This document shows positions 25,721 through 38,516 of a stretch of 64,000 nt of DNA, piece by piece. The stretch lies in NCBI GenBank assembly GCA_028534125.1, contig CM052832.1, positions 21,454,001 to 21,518,000 of the forward strand, given 5' to 3'. Position 1 is the stretch's first letter, and every line of letters begins with the position of its first letter. Under the pieces are notes generated by a model. That model worked only from the letters and a program-made list of their open reading frames with translations, did not search any database and was not told the origin of the DNA. The DNA comes from Lama glama. Lineage: Eukaryota. Both the position numbers and the translations under genes were made by a program.

Positions 25721-26779
25721 GAGGAGCTGGAAGGGGGACAGCTTTACAGATACCACACTTGCTCCTTCGGCTTCCAGGTTTAGTCATGTTCAGAGTTCTG
25801 TCCGCAAGAGAACTGTGTGGTCAGCAGACACCCACCCTTCTCTCTCTCCCTCTAGCAGGTCATGGAAAAAGCAAGCTGGGCCTTCAGACCATGGCCACAC
25901 CCTCGCCAGCTGGTCACCAGGATGGGGACCGCTATTAGGTATTATCCGTTCCTGCTGCAGGGCTTCTACACCTTCTGGACCGAAGAGCAGGGTGGAGTTG
26001 CAGCCTAACAGGGGGTAACAGCTGGGGCAGAGTGGGGACGATCCTGCATGGCCGACACAATCCTTGAGAATCCCCACCACGGCTGGCGAGGGGGCAGCAG
26101 GGCTGTCAGAACCCTGGATGTATCACTCTCTTATGGAAAAAGATGAAGGAAGGAGAGTGGAGGAGAGGCAGGCACAGAACTGGAGGGGAGGAAAGAAACA
26201 GATGAGGGAGATGAGAGGAAAAGACTCAGGAGAAGTAGAAAAAAAGCTTTCTGTGTCCAGTCTGTACTGGATGTGAAACTTCCTTATGTCCTAGAGAGCA
26301 TGACTCTAGGCTTTCGGTAGTATTTCCACCTCTGCTAGGTTTTCATTAAATAAGCACCACGCTGGAACTCACTCTTAAATTAACAAAGAAATGACTGTAT
26401 ATCTCTCAAGAAATGAAGTGCCCAGCAGGCTCCTATACCCTGCGAACTCTTCTCCTTCCTCCTGCTGCTAGCACAGGAATCCCAAGTAGATGTCCCGCTG
26501 CAGGGCTCTTGTAGAGACACGAGCAGATCCTTGCACTTTACATGTGATTTACTCTTAGAAGCACATACCAGGTTCTGGAGAAATGTACTAACTAGTACTA
26601 GAGTTTTTTGTGTTCTTTTTTTTTTTTTAAACTCAGCGACTGATGACATAATTTTAATTTGGATCCCTTAAAGTCAAAAAAAGAGGCTGAAAACATTTTG
26701 AATAAAAAGAAGACTCGAACAGAGGTGGAGGTTCAAAATGAAAGCCGTCCCAGGGTAACCACACGGCGCCTGATTTCCC

Positions 26780-27555
26780 TGTGACTATACAATCCAGGTA
26801 ATTTATTAAATTCTGATAGTCAGGAGACTTGTGCATTACACTCATTCCTTTTATTGTGAAAGAAATCACTTCATTTAGTAACGGCCAGTGATGTCAGGTA
26901 GAAATTAACACTTGACATAATTGATCAAAAATGTCAGAAAAGAGGCAGAGCTTGTTTAGACAAATCCAGTTTTTGAAAGTTTGTGGGTGCTTAGGAAGTG
27001 GCTGATTCCTCAGACTTCTCAAAATGTTGTCAGGAGTCCTTTAACTGGCAGACTCTCCCTGTGCATTCCAAAAGGATTCAAGATCCAAAAACAGGTCTCC
27101 ATATAAAGTTTTCAGCAATACAGCTGCTGTGGAAAATAAGGTGCTCGTAGCATCGGGACCCCAAACAAGGCATCAAGAGAAAAGAAACATTTATAAATGT
27201 TTATTGAAAATGGAAAATTCTTCCTGCATATGGAAGAGGTGACCAGACCCTCCCTACAAATAAGCCCTGACTGAAGACTGGAGATTTAAAGAAAATGCAG
27301 CCACTTGCATTTCTTGCTAAAAATAAACCAAAAGGAGCTTAATTGAAAAGAGATGCTAAGGCAGCTGTTATTGGGTTGCAGGTCAAATAACTCGTGGTCC
27401 CAGCTCAATGTGAGATGGGGTGAGCCTCATTAAAGAGTGTGGTTGAAGAGCAGGTGGGGAGACCAGAAGAAATTATCGCCCTTTGAGAATTAATGTGGTT
27501 GCTTTCCTCTTCTTTGAAGATTTTAATTAGAAATTTATTCTTCTTCACAGAGGCT
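26780..27555 (-). other. CDKAL1: CDKAL1 3'UTR (distal end uncertain) with candidate poly(A) signals
   Basis: Follows the stop codon. Minus-strand AATAAA occurs at 27534-27539, 27200-27205, 26850-26855 and 26802-26807. Confidence 0.6.
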
Positions 27556-27762
27556 TCAGTTAGTTATGTTTTCATTATAGACCTTGACCAAAAAAGCAAA
27601 AAGAAGAGCAAACAGAGCCATGCCCACAGACAGCCTCAGCGCACAGTCCTGGTGCAGCCTTTGCAGTTGCCGTGCCATTCTGGAACTTGCCGAGTCCCGT
27701 GGAGTTGCAGCTGGGCTGTGGGATATTGAGTTCAGGTGATGCCCAAGCCTATTTCTGAATTC
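27556..27762 (-). CDS. CDKAL1: CDKAL1 terminal coding exon (tail-anchor transmembrane segment); missed by the ORF track
   Basis: tttttctcttcctag|GAATTC... My translation is EFRNRLGHHLNSISHSPAATPRDSASSRMARQLQRLHQDCALRLSVGMALFALLFAFLVKVYNENITN*, with TGA at 27558-27556. It matches the CDKAL1 C-terminus (RLHQDCALR...VKVYN) and contains a hydrophobic anchor. Confidence 0.95.
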   Translation of the reverse strand, partial: EFRNRLGHHLNSISHSPAATPRDSASSRMARQLQRLHQDCALRLSVGMALFALLFAFLVKVYNENITN

Positions 27763-27858
27763 CTAGGAAGAGAAAAACAGAGGAAAACGAAAGATTTTAA
27801 AGTTACAAAAAAAGCTCTCTTGTGATACCAGTCAAGTAATGGATCTCTAGAAGGAGCA

Positions 27859-28715
27859 TTTTTTATTGAGATATAATTGATATATATTGAGATATAATAC
27901 ATATAACACAAGGATTCAATATTTGTATACACAGTGAAATGATTACCACAATAAGTCTAGTTACAACATAGTTAACAAAACTTTTTCCTTGTAATAAGAA
28001 CTTTTAAGATCTACTCTCTAACCAAATATACAATGCAGCATTATTAACTGTAGTCACCATGCTGTACGTTACATCTCTAGAACTTGTTCATCTTACAACT
28101 GGAAGTTGGTACCTTTTGACCCCCTCCACCCATGTCACCCACCTGCCACCTCCCTGTCTCTGACAACCACTAATTTGTTCTCTGTATCTATGTATTCATT
28201 CAGTTTTCTTTCTTCTTTTTTTTATTAGATTCCATTTCTTCCTCTGACTTATTTCATTTAGCATAATGCCCTCAAGATCCATCCATATTGCTGCAAATGG
28301 CAAGACTTCCTTCTTTTTTACAACTGAGTAATAATCCATTGTACATATATGCCACATCTTCTTTATCCAATCATCCATTGATGGACACTTAGGTTGCTTC
28401 CATGTCTTGGCTGTTGTAAATAATGCTGCAATGAACATGGAGGTGCATGTATCTTTTCAACTTAGTGTTTCTGCTTCCTTTGGATAAATACCCAAAAATA
28501 AAATTGCTGGATCATATAGTAGTTCTACTTTTAGTTTTTTGAGGAAACTTTTTTTATTTTGCTATTGAGCTGTATTAGCTCTTTATATATTCTGGATATC
28601 AACCCCTTATCAGATATCAGTTACATAATTTGCAAATCTTTTCTCGCATTTGGTTGGTTGCCTTTTCATTTTGTTGATGATCTTTGCTGTGCAGAAGCTA
28701 ATTTTTAGGTTGATG
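27859..28715 (-). mobile_element. L1 3' fragment, sense to CDKAL1
   Basis: ORF2 C-terminal peptide [20 protein letters not shown]...PFAAIWMDLEG. The 3' terminus ctcaataaaaa lies near 27860. Confidence 0.9.
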
Positions 28716-30037
28716 AAAGAAGGGGCTATCACTTACTTCTCCTTCAAAAGAGGCACAAACACCCACCAGAGGCCAGGTGGGCCAAGTTAGGTATAAGTTA
28801 CAGTTCCTTTCCTTGAGGGGTCAGACCAAGTTCATGAATTTCCAAATTATACAGACTATGTGAGACAAATGGTGCTCACAGAGAATCAAGGCAGAACTCA
28901 TGGAGAGTAGAATTGATGCAGAGTGGAGTCATATCACAAATGTATCTAACTTTTAGGGATGCAACCATACCCACTCAGGAAAAGAAGAATGACAAAGGAA
29001 CAAACCATGGAAGCCATTTTATTCAGCAAACACATTCCTCTGGATAGGGATCCCCGGCTGGGACATTGCAGCAGGAGGGCTGCCCTAGGCCCTCTCCATG
29101 CACAGCCCCTCCGTTCACCCTGGTGTGCAGAGAACACTGCCATTTTCTCTCTGCGCCAGACCTGGAAAGGCTGGGAAATACTGCTTGGAGGGAGAATGAA
29201 GACCTAGGAGATGTGACTGCGAGACTTTTCGGGTGGTCTGTGTTCCTTGATGCATTTTAGCAGGTGTGGGGAGGAGTGGACCAGGGGCACGTGGCTGCTC
29301 CCAGGGTGGTTCTAGTGTTTCAAAATGTAATTTGGGTTCCATGATATTAAGTTTCCACCTTATGCATAAGCTTTACAATCAGTGCCTCTCTTGTTGAGAC
29401 CTGAGTAACATTTTGAGAGATGGAGAGCGGAGAGCAGGGTGCTGGATGGAAGGAACAATGCTGGGGGGCGGGGGGCGGTCCAGAGACAGCACAGCACAAG
29501 GCGTGACTGCGGAAAAGCGAGAAGTCCACAGAAGCACAAAATGTCTTGGAGCGACCATTTAGCTTTGTTTATTCTTCCCTTCCATGCTCTCAAACAATCT
29601 TCTGGTAACAGCTTGGGCCTCTGTGTGCAGTTGCAGCCCCACTGTGCACAGAAGCAGAAGGTGACTGGCAGGAATGTGTAGGGTGGATGAGGGGGAGGGA
29701 AGAAAACAGGGGAGAGCATCCAGGGGCAGGTTGTGGTGATGGAGGAGGTGGAAGGTGATGAGGACCTATGTCAGGATGACGGCAGAGGGCGCAGAGAGGA
29801 GGGAATGACACATTTTTGATGTAGAATCAACAGGACTTGAATTCAGGTGAGTAGGTGATGGAGGTAGAAAGAATAGGAATGCAGAAATGAGAAAAACTTT
29901 CCCAACCCAACTTTCACCAGCTACTGTGATAGACGTGGAAGGAGTCTTGCTTTGACTATAGGAGACTGATTGCATTAACAGTTAATATTAATTAGTTAAT
30001 TAATTAATCAATACAGCTGTTGACCACCAGGATCAAT

Positions 30038-30537
30038 NNNNNNNNNNNNNNNNNNNNNNNNNNNNNNNNNNNNNNNNNNNNNNNNNNNNNNNNNNNNNNN
30101 NNNNNNNNNNNNNNNNNNNNNNNNNNNNNNNNNNNNNNNNNNNNNNNNNNNNNNNNNNNNNNNNNNNNNNNNNNNNNNNNNNNNNNNNNNNNNNNNNNNN
30201 NNNNNNNNNNNNNNNNNNNNNNNNNNNNNNNNNNNNNNNNNNNNNNNNNNNNNNNNNNNNNNNNNNNNNNNNNNNNNNNNNNNNNNNNNNNNNNNNNNNN
30301 NNNNNNNNNNNNNNNNNNNNNNNNNNNNNNNNNNNNNNNNNNNNNNNNNNNNNNNNNNNNNNNNNNNNNNNNNNNNNNNNNNNNNNNNNNNNNNNNNNNN
30401 NNNNNNNNNNNNNNNNNNNNNNNNNNNNNNNNNNNNNNNNNNNNNNNNNNNNNNNNNNNNNNNNNNNNNNNNNNNNNNNNNNNNNNNNNNNNNNNNNNNN
30501 NNNNNNNNNNNNNNNNNNNNNNNNNNNNNNNNNNNNN
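30038..30537. other. Assembly gap (500 N)
   Basis: Run of exactly 500 N inside the last CDKAL1 intron. Confidence 1.
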
Positions 30538-30633
30538 TGGACCGACACACGTGCTTTGCTGTCCAAGGTGGCAGGTGTACGTCCTTCCCTTTGACTTCGA
30601 AGCCCAGAGGGCCCACTCTTCATAATGAACAGT

Positions 30634-30686
30634 ATTTCACACTGCCTCTCAACTGCCTGCATCTCCTTGAGAATGCGCAGAGAGCC
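30634..30686 (+). repeat. Left arm of a perfect 53-bp inverted repeat
   Basis: Exact reverse complement of 31955-32007. Confidence 0.97.
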
Positions 30687-30869
30687 AGGTTTGTTCCCGT
30701 GCCTCCTGTCACTTGACTCCGGCTCCTCTCACACTGAGAACCTCTTTCCTCACTCGCCTGATTAAGTCCTTCTCACCTCCAAAGTCCAGTACTAACATCA
30801 TCACATCCATGAAACCCTCTGCAGTAGTCAGTGTCTGAATACCTTCTTCACACTGAGTCTCTGCACTGT

Positions 30870-31222
30870 GAACTCCACCTTACGAATACACATTCCGAGA
30901 CACAGTTCCCAGCCTCCTTTGTCCCTCGGGTGCAAACTTGAGACCCAGGTCAAACACTCCGATGCAACACGTACGAGACACGGATTGTGAAGTGAGCTTC
31001 ATGAAGAAGCAGACAGGTGTTGTGGCTTCTGCCCTACTGGGACAGGAGGGCCGGAGGCAGCATCTCTTAACCAGCAACTTCTACGTGGTTTGGGTGTTAT
31101 TTCCAGAAAACTCAGCAAAGAGTCTGCTCCAATAATTCTACAGATTATCTAGTATCTCTTTTTAAACCCCTTTCTGTTAAAACTAACTGAACTGTTTTCT
31201 GTTGTCTTCGAAGAACCCTGAC
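30870..31222 (+). mobile_element. Old ERVL-type LTR (LTR33/16-like)
   Basis: ttcccagcctccttt...aaacccctttctgttaaaacta...ttctgttgt...aagaaccctgac end motif. Confidence 0.5.
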
Positions 31223-31447
31223 CCATTCATTCCCTGATACCTCAAGTCTCCAGTGGTCTCCTATCTTCCAGTCTCTTAAGATCTCACATCATTCAATTGA
31301 ATACTTTATATTACAGATTTTGTTTTATTAGCACTTATCTTCTCTTCCCAACTAAGTTTCCATCTCCTTGAGGGCAAGGATCACATCTTAGGCTTCTGTA
31401 TCTCAAGCAGTGCTTGGCACAGCACTGAGTCTACTTTAGGAATGGAT

Positions 31448-31563
31448 CAGATAACCATGTAATTTACCACACTTTAGAGAATGAGAAAAGGGCACTTATT
31501 AATTACACCAGGACAACGGGTATAAACCAAGACCATCCCAGACAAATCAAGACATAATCATAC
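31448..31563 (+). mobile_element. hAT-Blackjack MITE, MER94-like
   Basis: aaccatgtaattta...aattacaccaggacaacgggtataaacc...tcccagacaaa. Confidence 0.65.
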
Positions 31564-31954
31564 TTGGTCATTGTTGTCTGAATAAAAAGTGAAAGACATT
31601 TGAAAGAAAAGTAACGAAGTCAAAATGAAAGCACAAAAGAGCAGTCCTGGACACCTTAGATTTGGTAAGAATCATCCATAAAACTTTAATCACAAGAGCA
31701 AGTGTATCACCTAGGGTAGCCAGTGCACCTACATAGGACCCTCTCTCTCACCCCAATCCCTTCCAACCAGGCTCACAACAGAATAGCAGTATTACCAGAA
31801 CATCCAGACTAAGTCTCCTCAAAGGCCCAAACCACACTCATTATTTCCGTCTCCAATATTTAGCCAGTGCTTAGATAACGTAATGTTCAGTAAGTGCTAA
31901 AATGTGTCCTGAGAAGCCAGGCACCACCTGCATGCTGCATGTGTGAGTAATCCA

Positions 31955-32007
31955 GGCTCTCTGCGCATTCTCAAGGAGATGCAGGCAGTTGAGAGGCAGT
32001 GTGAAAT
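31955..32007 (-). repeat. Right arm of a perfect 53-bp inverted repeat
   Basis: Exact reverse complement of 30634-30686. Confidence 0.97.
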
Positions 32008-34249
32008 GGAAGCTAATTGTCTAACATCAGATTGCTCTGATGCTACTTTGGATGGTAGTCAAATTGGTGCATGGGAGGTACTGCAAACATACTAAACACA
32101 TTTTTGAAATGACATAATCATCCGAGTTCAGCTGTAATGCCCGATAAAATACAGCTCAGGAGCACAGGATAAAAGCTACATATCTGGACTGTGAAACCCA
32201 AATATGTCCTAATGGATCTTCAAATGCAATTAATTATATGCCCTATGAAAGGAAGAAATGGACCAAATATTACATGTGCTATGGTTTTAATTGCGACACC
32301 AATTTAACATATGGGCAGTGAAGAATTCTATCTTATATAAAGGTAAAGAGAAAAAAGAAATTAGCAAAACTGCTTGGGATTGGAGCCAATCTCTTGGGGA
32401 TGGAAGGAAAAAAAAGGAAAGAACACGCCCTCATTTGCTTCTAACACGGTTAGCTGATCTGTTTGAAATTAGACCCACTTTCAACTGTTTTAACTTAATT
32501 ATTAAGCTGTTTCTTAGCTTCATGAATGCAGGTTTCATGCGCTTTCAAATCTGGCCCTGAATAGACCCTTTCACTTCAGTGGTTTTGGAAATGAATGTGA
32601 GATAGAGAGGAAAGCATTTTAACGATGCTTTTCTAAGGGTCAGAGCTCTGAAAATATAGTATAGTCTGTACATAAAACTCAGTACACCTGAATATCCTGC
32701 TGGCCCTTTGCCTGGTAATGAGGTAACCACGCCACCCTCTAAAGCCTCCGCTTCCTTGCTAAGTGCAGTCGGCTGTGCTGGGGCTGAGCTATGTAGCTGC
32801 TCAAGTGAGTCCATCGTTAGGATCAAAGTCCCGACGGATGAGAAACAGGTGGCAGCCAGGCACCCTGGGGTAGCCTTCCCTTCCCTTCTGAGAGACAGAA
32901 TGCTAGGGACAGGTCTCCATTCTAGAATGTTCTCCTTTAAAAGGGGGCAGAAGGAACAAGAGGAAGAAAAGTCTGTCAGTAAGAACAGCCCGTGCTGGAA
33001 GACTGCGGCTAAGTCTCCTCCTGTCGCTCTGTCAGTCTCACTGCGTGGAGGAACCCCTGAATAAACCTGGTTTCCTGTACTGTTTTGTAGGAAATCAGTG
33101 GCTGATGATCACCACATTTGACATGACGAAAGATTGCACAATTTTACCCTCACTGCTTAAAGTAAAATAATGCCTTAGCATGGATCACAAATTTATAATA
33201 ATTATTATTCATTATCATTAGCCAGTATTCATTGTACTAGCTGCAATTTATTGATTGCTAAGCCATTTCCATGCACATCCTATGAAGTGGGTACTATGTT
33301 ATGCCCCCTTTACAGAGGAGAGAACTGAGGCAGAGGGGTGGAGTAACTCCCCCAAGGTCTATTTCTTACTGTGAAACAAGGATTCAAATACAGGTAATCA
33401 GACTCCAGACTCTAGAATCCACATTCTTATTTGCTATACTATGCTGTCTAGTGAAGACTGATGGAAGTAAAGTACCTGTTAGAAAATTAAAGTAAAAATA
33501 TTTTTTTTAAAAAGCCAGTAAATCAGGTTTTTTTATCTTTACTGAATCCCTTTATCAAATATTAATGTACCTACTATGCACTGGGCACTCTGTCCACAGT
33601 ATCTAATTTAACCTTCTGCAAATTAGGTATCTCCATTTTACAGATGAAGAGACTGATTCAAGGAAGCATGTTGTATGACATCACAGGAACTGTAATCTGA
33701 ACCCACGACCGACAGATTCCAAATCTTGAGCTCTTTTCACAAAGCCACCCTACCTCTTCTTTCTTTAAAGTGATTCTTTATTACTAGGAATCAACCTAAA
33801 AAGAGAGAAACTTTGGAATAAAACTGACTACTTTTAAGTTCAGAATTAGGAGAGAATTTTCTTCTTTGCTCTCTTCTGCCAGGCTCAAAATAGCTCTGAC
33901 TTCTTAAGAATCGATCTTAGAAATGGTAGGATTCAGGTGATTTGTTCTAACATGGGCCATAAGAGGAGAAAGAACATCAGAAGTAAATCTTTCAGGCTGT
34001 ATCCAGCAGCAGCAGTAGCGCTCATATTCGCCTGTATCCCGAGGCAGACTTACAGCTCGAATACCGTTTTTAACAGAACACAGAGAAGATGATTAATATT
34101 GTCCATTTTCCCATCACCCCCTCCCGACTTCCTGTTACCTAATGTAAGCTTACTGTAGTATATAAAAGGCAACTACTGTCCAATCTAAATAAAACTCCTG
34201 CAACTCAAAAGGGAAAGGCAGCACAGGCCAGGGGTTAAAGATCCAGGCT

Positions 34250-34925
34250 TGAACCCACACCCACCAGGATGGCAGCTACAAAGAAACCCCAGAGAACAGT
34301 CAGTGCTGGGGAGGATGTGGAGACACTGGAACCCCTGTGCACTGCTGGTGGGAAGGTTAAGCGGTATAGCCACTGTGAAAAACAGTATGGTAGGTCCTAA
34401 AAAATAAAAATAAAAGTACCATGTGATCCAACAGTTCCACTCTCGGGTATATACTCAAAAGAATTAAAAACAGGGTCTCAAAGAGGAATCTGTGCAACCA
34501 CGTTCATAGCACCATTATTCACAAGAGCCAAAAGGTATAACAACCCAAGTGTCCATTGATGGATAAATGGGTAAACAAAGTGCACAAATATACAACCAGA
34601 TATTATTCAGCTTTCAAAAGGAGGGACATTCTGACACATGCAGCAACAGGGATGAACTCTGAGGACATGATGCCAAGTGAAATCAACCAGTCACAACAAG
34701 ACAAATACTGCATGTTTCCCTTATATGAGTTCACAGAGACAGAGAGGTGGTTGCCAGGGGCAGTGTGCAGAGGTGAACGGGGAGTTGTTTAATGGTCTAG
34801 TCTTTCAGTTTTGCAAGATAAAATGAGTTCCAGAGATGGGCTGAACTGTGAATGCACTTAACACTACTGAACTGTACACTTGAAAACGGTTAAGATGGTA
34901 AACTTCATGTTCTACATATAATTCA
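34250..34925 (+). mobile_element. L1 3' end (L1MB-like)
   Basis: gaggatgtggagacactggaaccc, caacccaagtgtccattgatggataaatgg, actgaactgtacacttgaaa. Confidence 0.88.
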
Positions 34926-35695
34926 AAAATAAGAACACAGGCTTTAAAGTTGGTAAGACCTGAATATAAATCCTGGCTTGCCTCTCCCAGTTTCTAATTT
35001 TGTGACTCTGCATAAGTTATTGATTCAGCTACTGATGCTCAGATTCTTCATCTCTGAAAGAGGGATCAGAGTAGTACCTACCTGACAGCACGGATGTTAT
35101 AAGGATGATACGAGCGACCGTGTGAGAGATGTAGTGCTTGGCCCATAATAAACACTCCATAAATACTGGTTTTGTGTCACAGCAGTAGGCGTGGAATATG
35201 TAGCCAATGGCAACGCAGAGTGTTACAGAGGAAAAGTCCCTCACAATCTCTCCAGAGGCCACAAGGGGTGGCATTTGTTACCCTGCGGGTTTGAACACGG
35301 CCCAGGGTTTGGCTCACCGCCTTGAGAGCTCAGAAACTGAAATGCTCACCATCTACAGAGGAGACCACGCGGCCTGGACACAGGACACCAGTGTATAAAA
35401 TTAGAATGCCAATTTATAAACAGCACATTTATAGCGGGCTGCTCAAATTTATTTTCTTCCTGCAGGAAGGCAGACTTGCATAGGAAGGCAAATCATAATC
35501 AGAGGGTGGACTGGTAATCATGAACTCAGCAAAGGAATGTAAATGCATCAAAGGCACAATGGTACCAGGCTATGGCAACCACATGCATTCATTTCTAGAC
35601 AGGAATGGTTTTCAGACTTTTTGAAGTCCTCTGGCCAAAGTGGCCTTTCTTCTGGGAAATAGTCGTTACTGCCAATGTTGGCTCTGAATCACTTT

Positions 35696-35816
35696 GTTTT
35701 GTTTTTTTTGGGGGGGGGGATTAGGTTTATTTATTTATTAAATGGAGGTGCTGGGGCTTCAACCCAGGACTTGTACATGCTACGCACGCCCTCTACCACT
35801 GAGCTGCACCCTCCCC
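35696..35816 (-). mobile_element. tRNA-derived SINE (Vic-1-like)
   Basis: Reverse complement of ggggagggtgcagctcagtggtagag... TSD ctgaat(c/g)acttt at 35684-35695 and 35816-35827. Confidence 0.9.
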
Positions 35817-36049
35817 TGAATGACTTTTTTTTGCTTGCCTGTCTGACCACTCCTATACTCTGGCCACTTTAATACCGTCTATCAGGTTGCCGGCAACTCC
35901 TGCAGGCCTACGAGCTAGTTGTCTCTTTAAGGTAATTCTGCCTGTCTTTTCTTTGACCAAACGGGTGTTGGGTTTCATACGAGGTAATGTTACTCATCTC
36001 AGATACTTCAGCAATAGAGACTTCCAGGTATTTTGTATAAAAGCCTGAC

Positions 36050-38180
36050 AAAAACCGTAAGAAACATTCATTTAATTTCTACATACTAGGGTAACCATCA
36101 AGATACACTGCTAAGTGAAAACAGCAAGTGTCTGCCATTTATATAAGTTAAAGAAGGTGATAAAAAATATGTACAATATGTGTATGTGTCTGTGTGTGTG
36201 TCTGTTTATACTGTTAAAACAAGCCATTGGAAGAATAAACTGAAAACTAAAACAAAAACAGTTCCTAAATAGGTAAGAAAGGAAGCAGGGTGGAAAGGAC
36301 AGGAGTAAGTAGAAGGTGGGCTTCTCAGGACGTACTTTTGCAGATGTGACTCTGCAAAATATCTTACATAATTATGAAACAAAATTCAATTTAAAAATTC
36401 AAAGAAGTTGAAAACTAATGCTTCTACTTGTGTAGTCATTTGTTGGTATACTTGTATGAATTATTATTATCTCAGGTGACTTTAAAACCATCATTTGCCT
36501 GGACAGCCCGAGTGGGATACATTCTAAGAACAGAAACAACTGCAAAACTAGCACCACCTCTGACAGTTTCCAGGCATCGTATTGTTGGCAGTAGTACTGG
36601 TATGGTTACTATTAGACAGTTACGTGAGTATTACAGGATAAAGCAAATGAATAATAATGTTGTGTTACTGTGAAGTGGGATGGAAGGAAAAATTTACAGA
36701 TGCAAGACAGACAATCTCAGAATCTGACTTGGATGAGAGCATCAGTATGAACTGGAAAAAAAAGGAGGGGGAAGACTTTCTAGCTCTATCTGCTGAAAGG
36801 TATAAAAACAATGACCAATTAAATAGTCTACCCTGATGTCTCTAAATACCATTTTTTTTTAAACTTAGAAAAACCAAGGCTCCTTAGAGACATGGCTGAT
36901 TCCAGGTCTGGAGCAGAGAATGTCCAAGATAAGCCTGGAACATCTTGTCATATCGAAAAGCAAAGAAACTGCCAAAGACTTCAGGAGCTCCGTCAAAAGG
37001 ACTGAGGAGCCAATTTGAAGAGCTTCCACTCTCCAAAAATGCAGCCATTTGAACACCAATTAAATGCAATAACTGCAAGAAATAAAACCACATCAAATAT
37101 GCAATATCCACAAGTTTATAATAATATTTTTTTAAAAAAACCTTATTGGTTACTTTTCAAGGATGCTACAGAAACAACTTAAACTTTTTCTTCCTCTTTT
37201 TTTTTTTTTAATGAGGGGGAAGTAATTTATTTATATTTGGAGGCGGCACTAAGGATTGAACCCAGGACCTCCTACATGCTAAGCAGGCACTCTACCGCTT
37301 GAGCTATACCCTCCCCCACCAGAATTACCTTAAATTTTTAAAACTGATAAACAGAGAGAAAGGCAGCAAGCCTTTATCTCACCTTTCCTGGCTGAACTGT
37401 ACCTCAGGGTTAACAAAAATGAAGAAGACCAAGTTTCTCTCATGGAAGTACTTTTAGCTAATAAATGAGGAAGGAGAGTCAGAACTAGAATGCCACCACT
37501 TTGAAACCCCTCAGGACTCCATGAATTTAGGCAACACTGGTCAACCACAAACACATAAAGAGACAACCAGACGTTATATGCCTCATAACGGAAACACATA
37601 GCATCCTCTGAAGGCATCTCGTCAAAAACTCAAACCTGAATCTGATTAAGCCTCTAACTCTAACTACCAATTTATAAAACAAATGGGGAACAGAGAAGCC
37701 TGTTAAATTGTATCAGAGGATGCAATTAGCAAATTCCAGACTGTGGGAAATGCTGCAGGACAAACAACCCGGCTGCTTCTGCAAATAAACTGCAATACAA
37801 AGAGAGAAGAGAGAGAGAAAAGGCAGCACCTACAGATTTAAAATGACTTACAACAGGTACTAACTAGTTGCAATGAGTGGACCTTATTTGCCTCCTGATT
37901 CAGACAACTGCTTAAAAAATTGCAAAATCTGAACACTGAGTTGCCATTAATAGGACAAAGAATTAACGTCAATTATTTTTAGATTTGATACTGTACTGTG
38001 ACTATGTTTTTAAAGGGAATATTTTCTGATAGATAGATAGAGATATTTTCTGATAAATATCTTGATGAAATAAAATGACAAATGGGATTTTCTTCAAAAG
38101 AATCAGAGTGGGATGAAGGAGAACAAGAGCACAGGTGGTGTAACTGACACAGGGCGGCAGGTAAGCTCGAAGTCGTCTAT
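36050..38180 (+). mobile_element. Old L1 (L1MC-like) 3' region, fragmented
   Basis: ccaaggctccttagagacatggctgattccaggtctgg, aacctgaatctgattaagcctcta, aaattccagactgtgggaaa. Confidence 0.65.
37197..37317 (-). mobile_element. tRNA-derived SINE (Vic-1-like)
   Basis: gattgaacccaggacctc...gagctataccctcccc with a T tail. Confidence 0.9.
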
Positions 38181-38514
38181 AACAGAAGACTTTCACAAGA
38201 GAGTTAAAACAAAACAGCTTTTTGATCTCACTCTTTGATGATGACCCTCAGATAATTTTTCATATTATCAAATAGTCATGGATTTTGGTACAGGTGACAT
38301 TAGGTCCTGTTTACCCAAAGGTTTTCTTCAGATGGAATGCCTGAACAGAACAGCAATTTTCTAAGGAAACTTCAGTTGTATAAAGAGAACATCACGTTAA
38401 ATTGGATATGTTACCGTAAGTTCAAGTTCCATGAGAAAACATGGTAAAAATATCATGCTCTTAACGTCTTAAAAACTGTGTTTTCCCAAGTTCTATCTTT
38501 TGGCCTGTTTCACT

Positions 38515-38516
<2 letters not shown>

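Noticed and set aside
25468..26080. Overlapping 83-156 aa ORFs
   Set aside because: GC-richer sequence partly derived from a MaLR LTR, with no recognisable protein.
30008..30662. ~200-aa ORFs full of X
   Set aside because: Artefacts of the 500-N gap.
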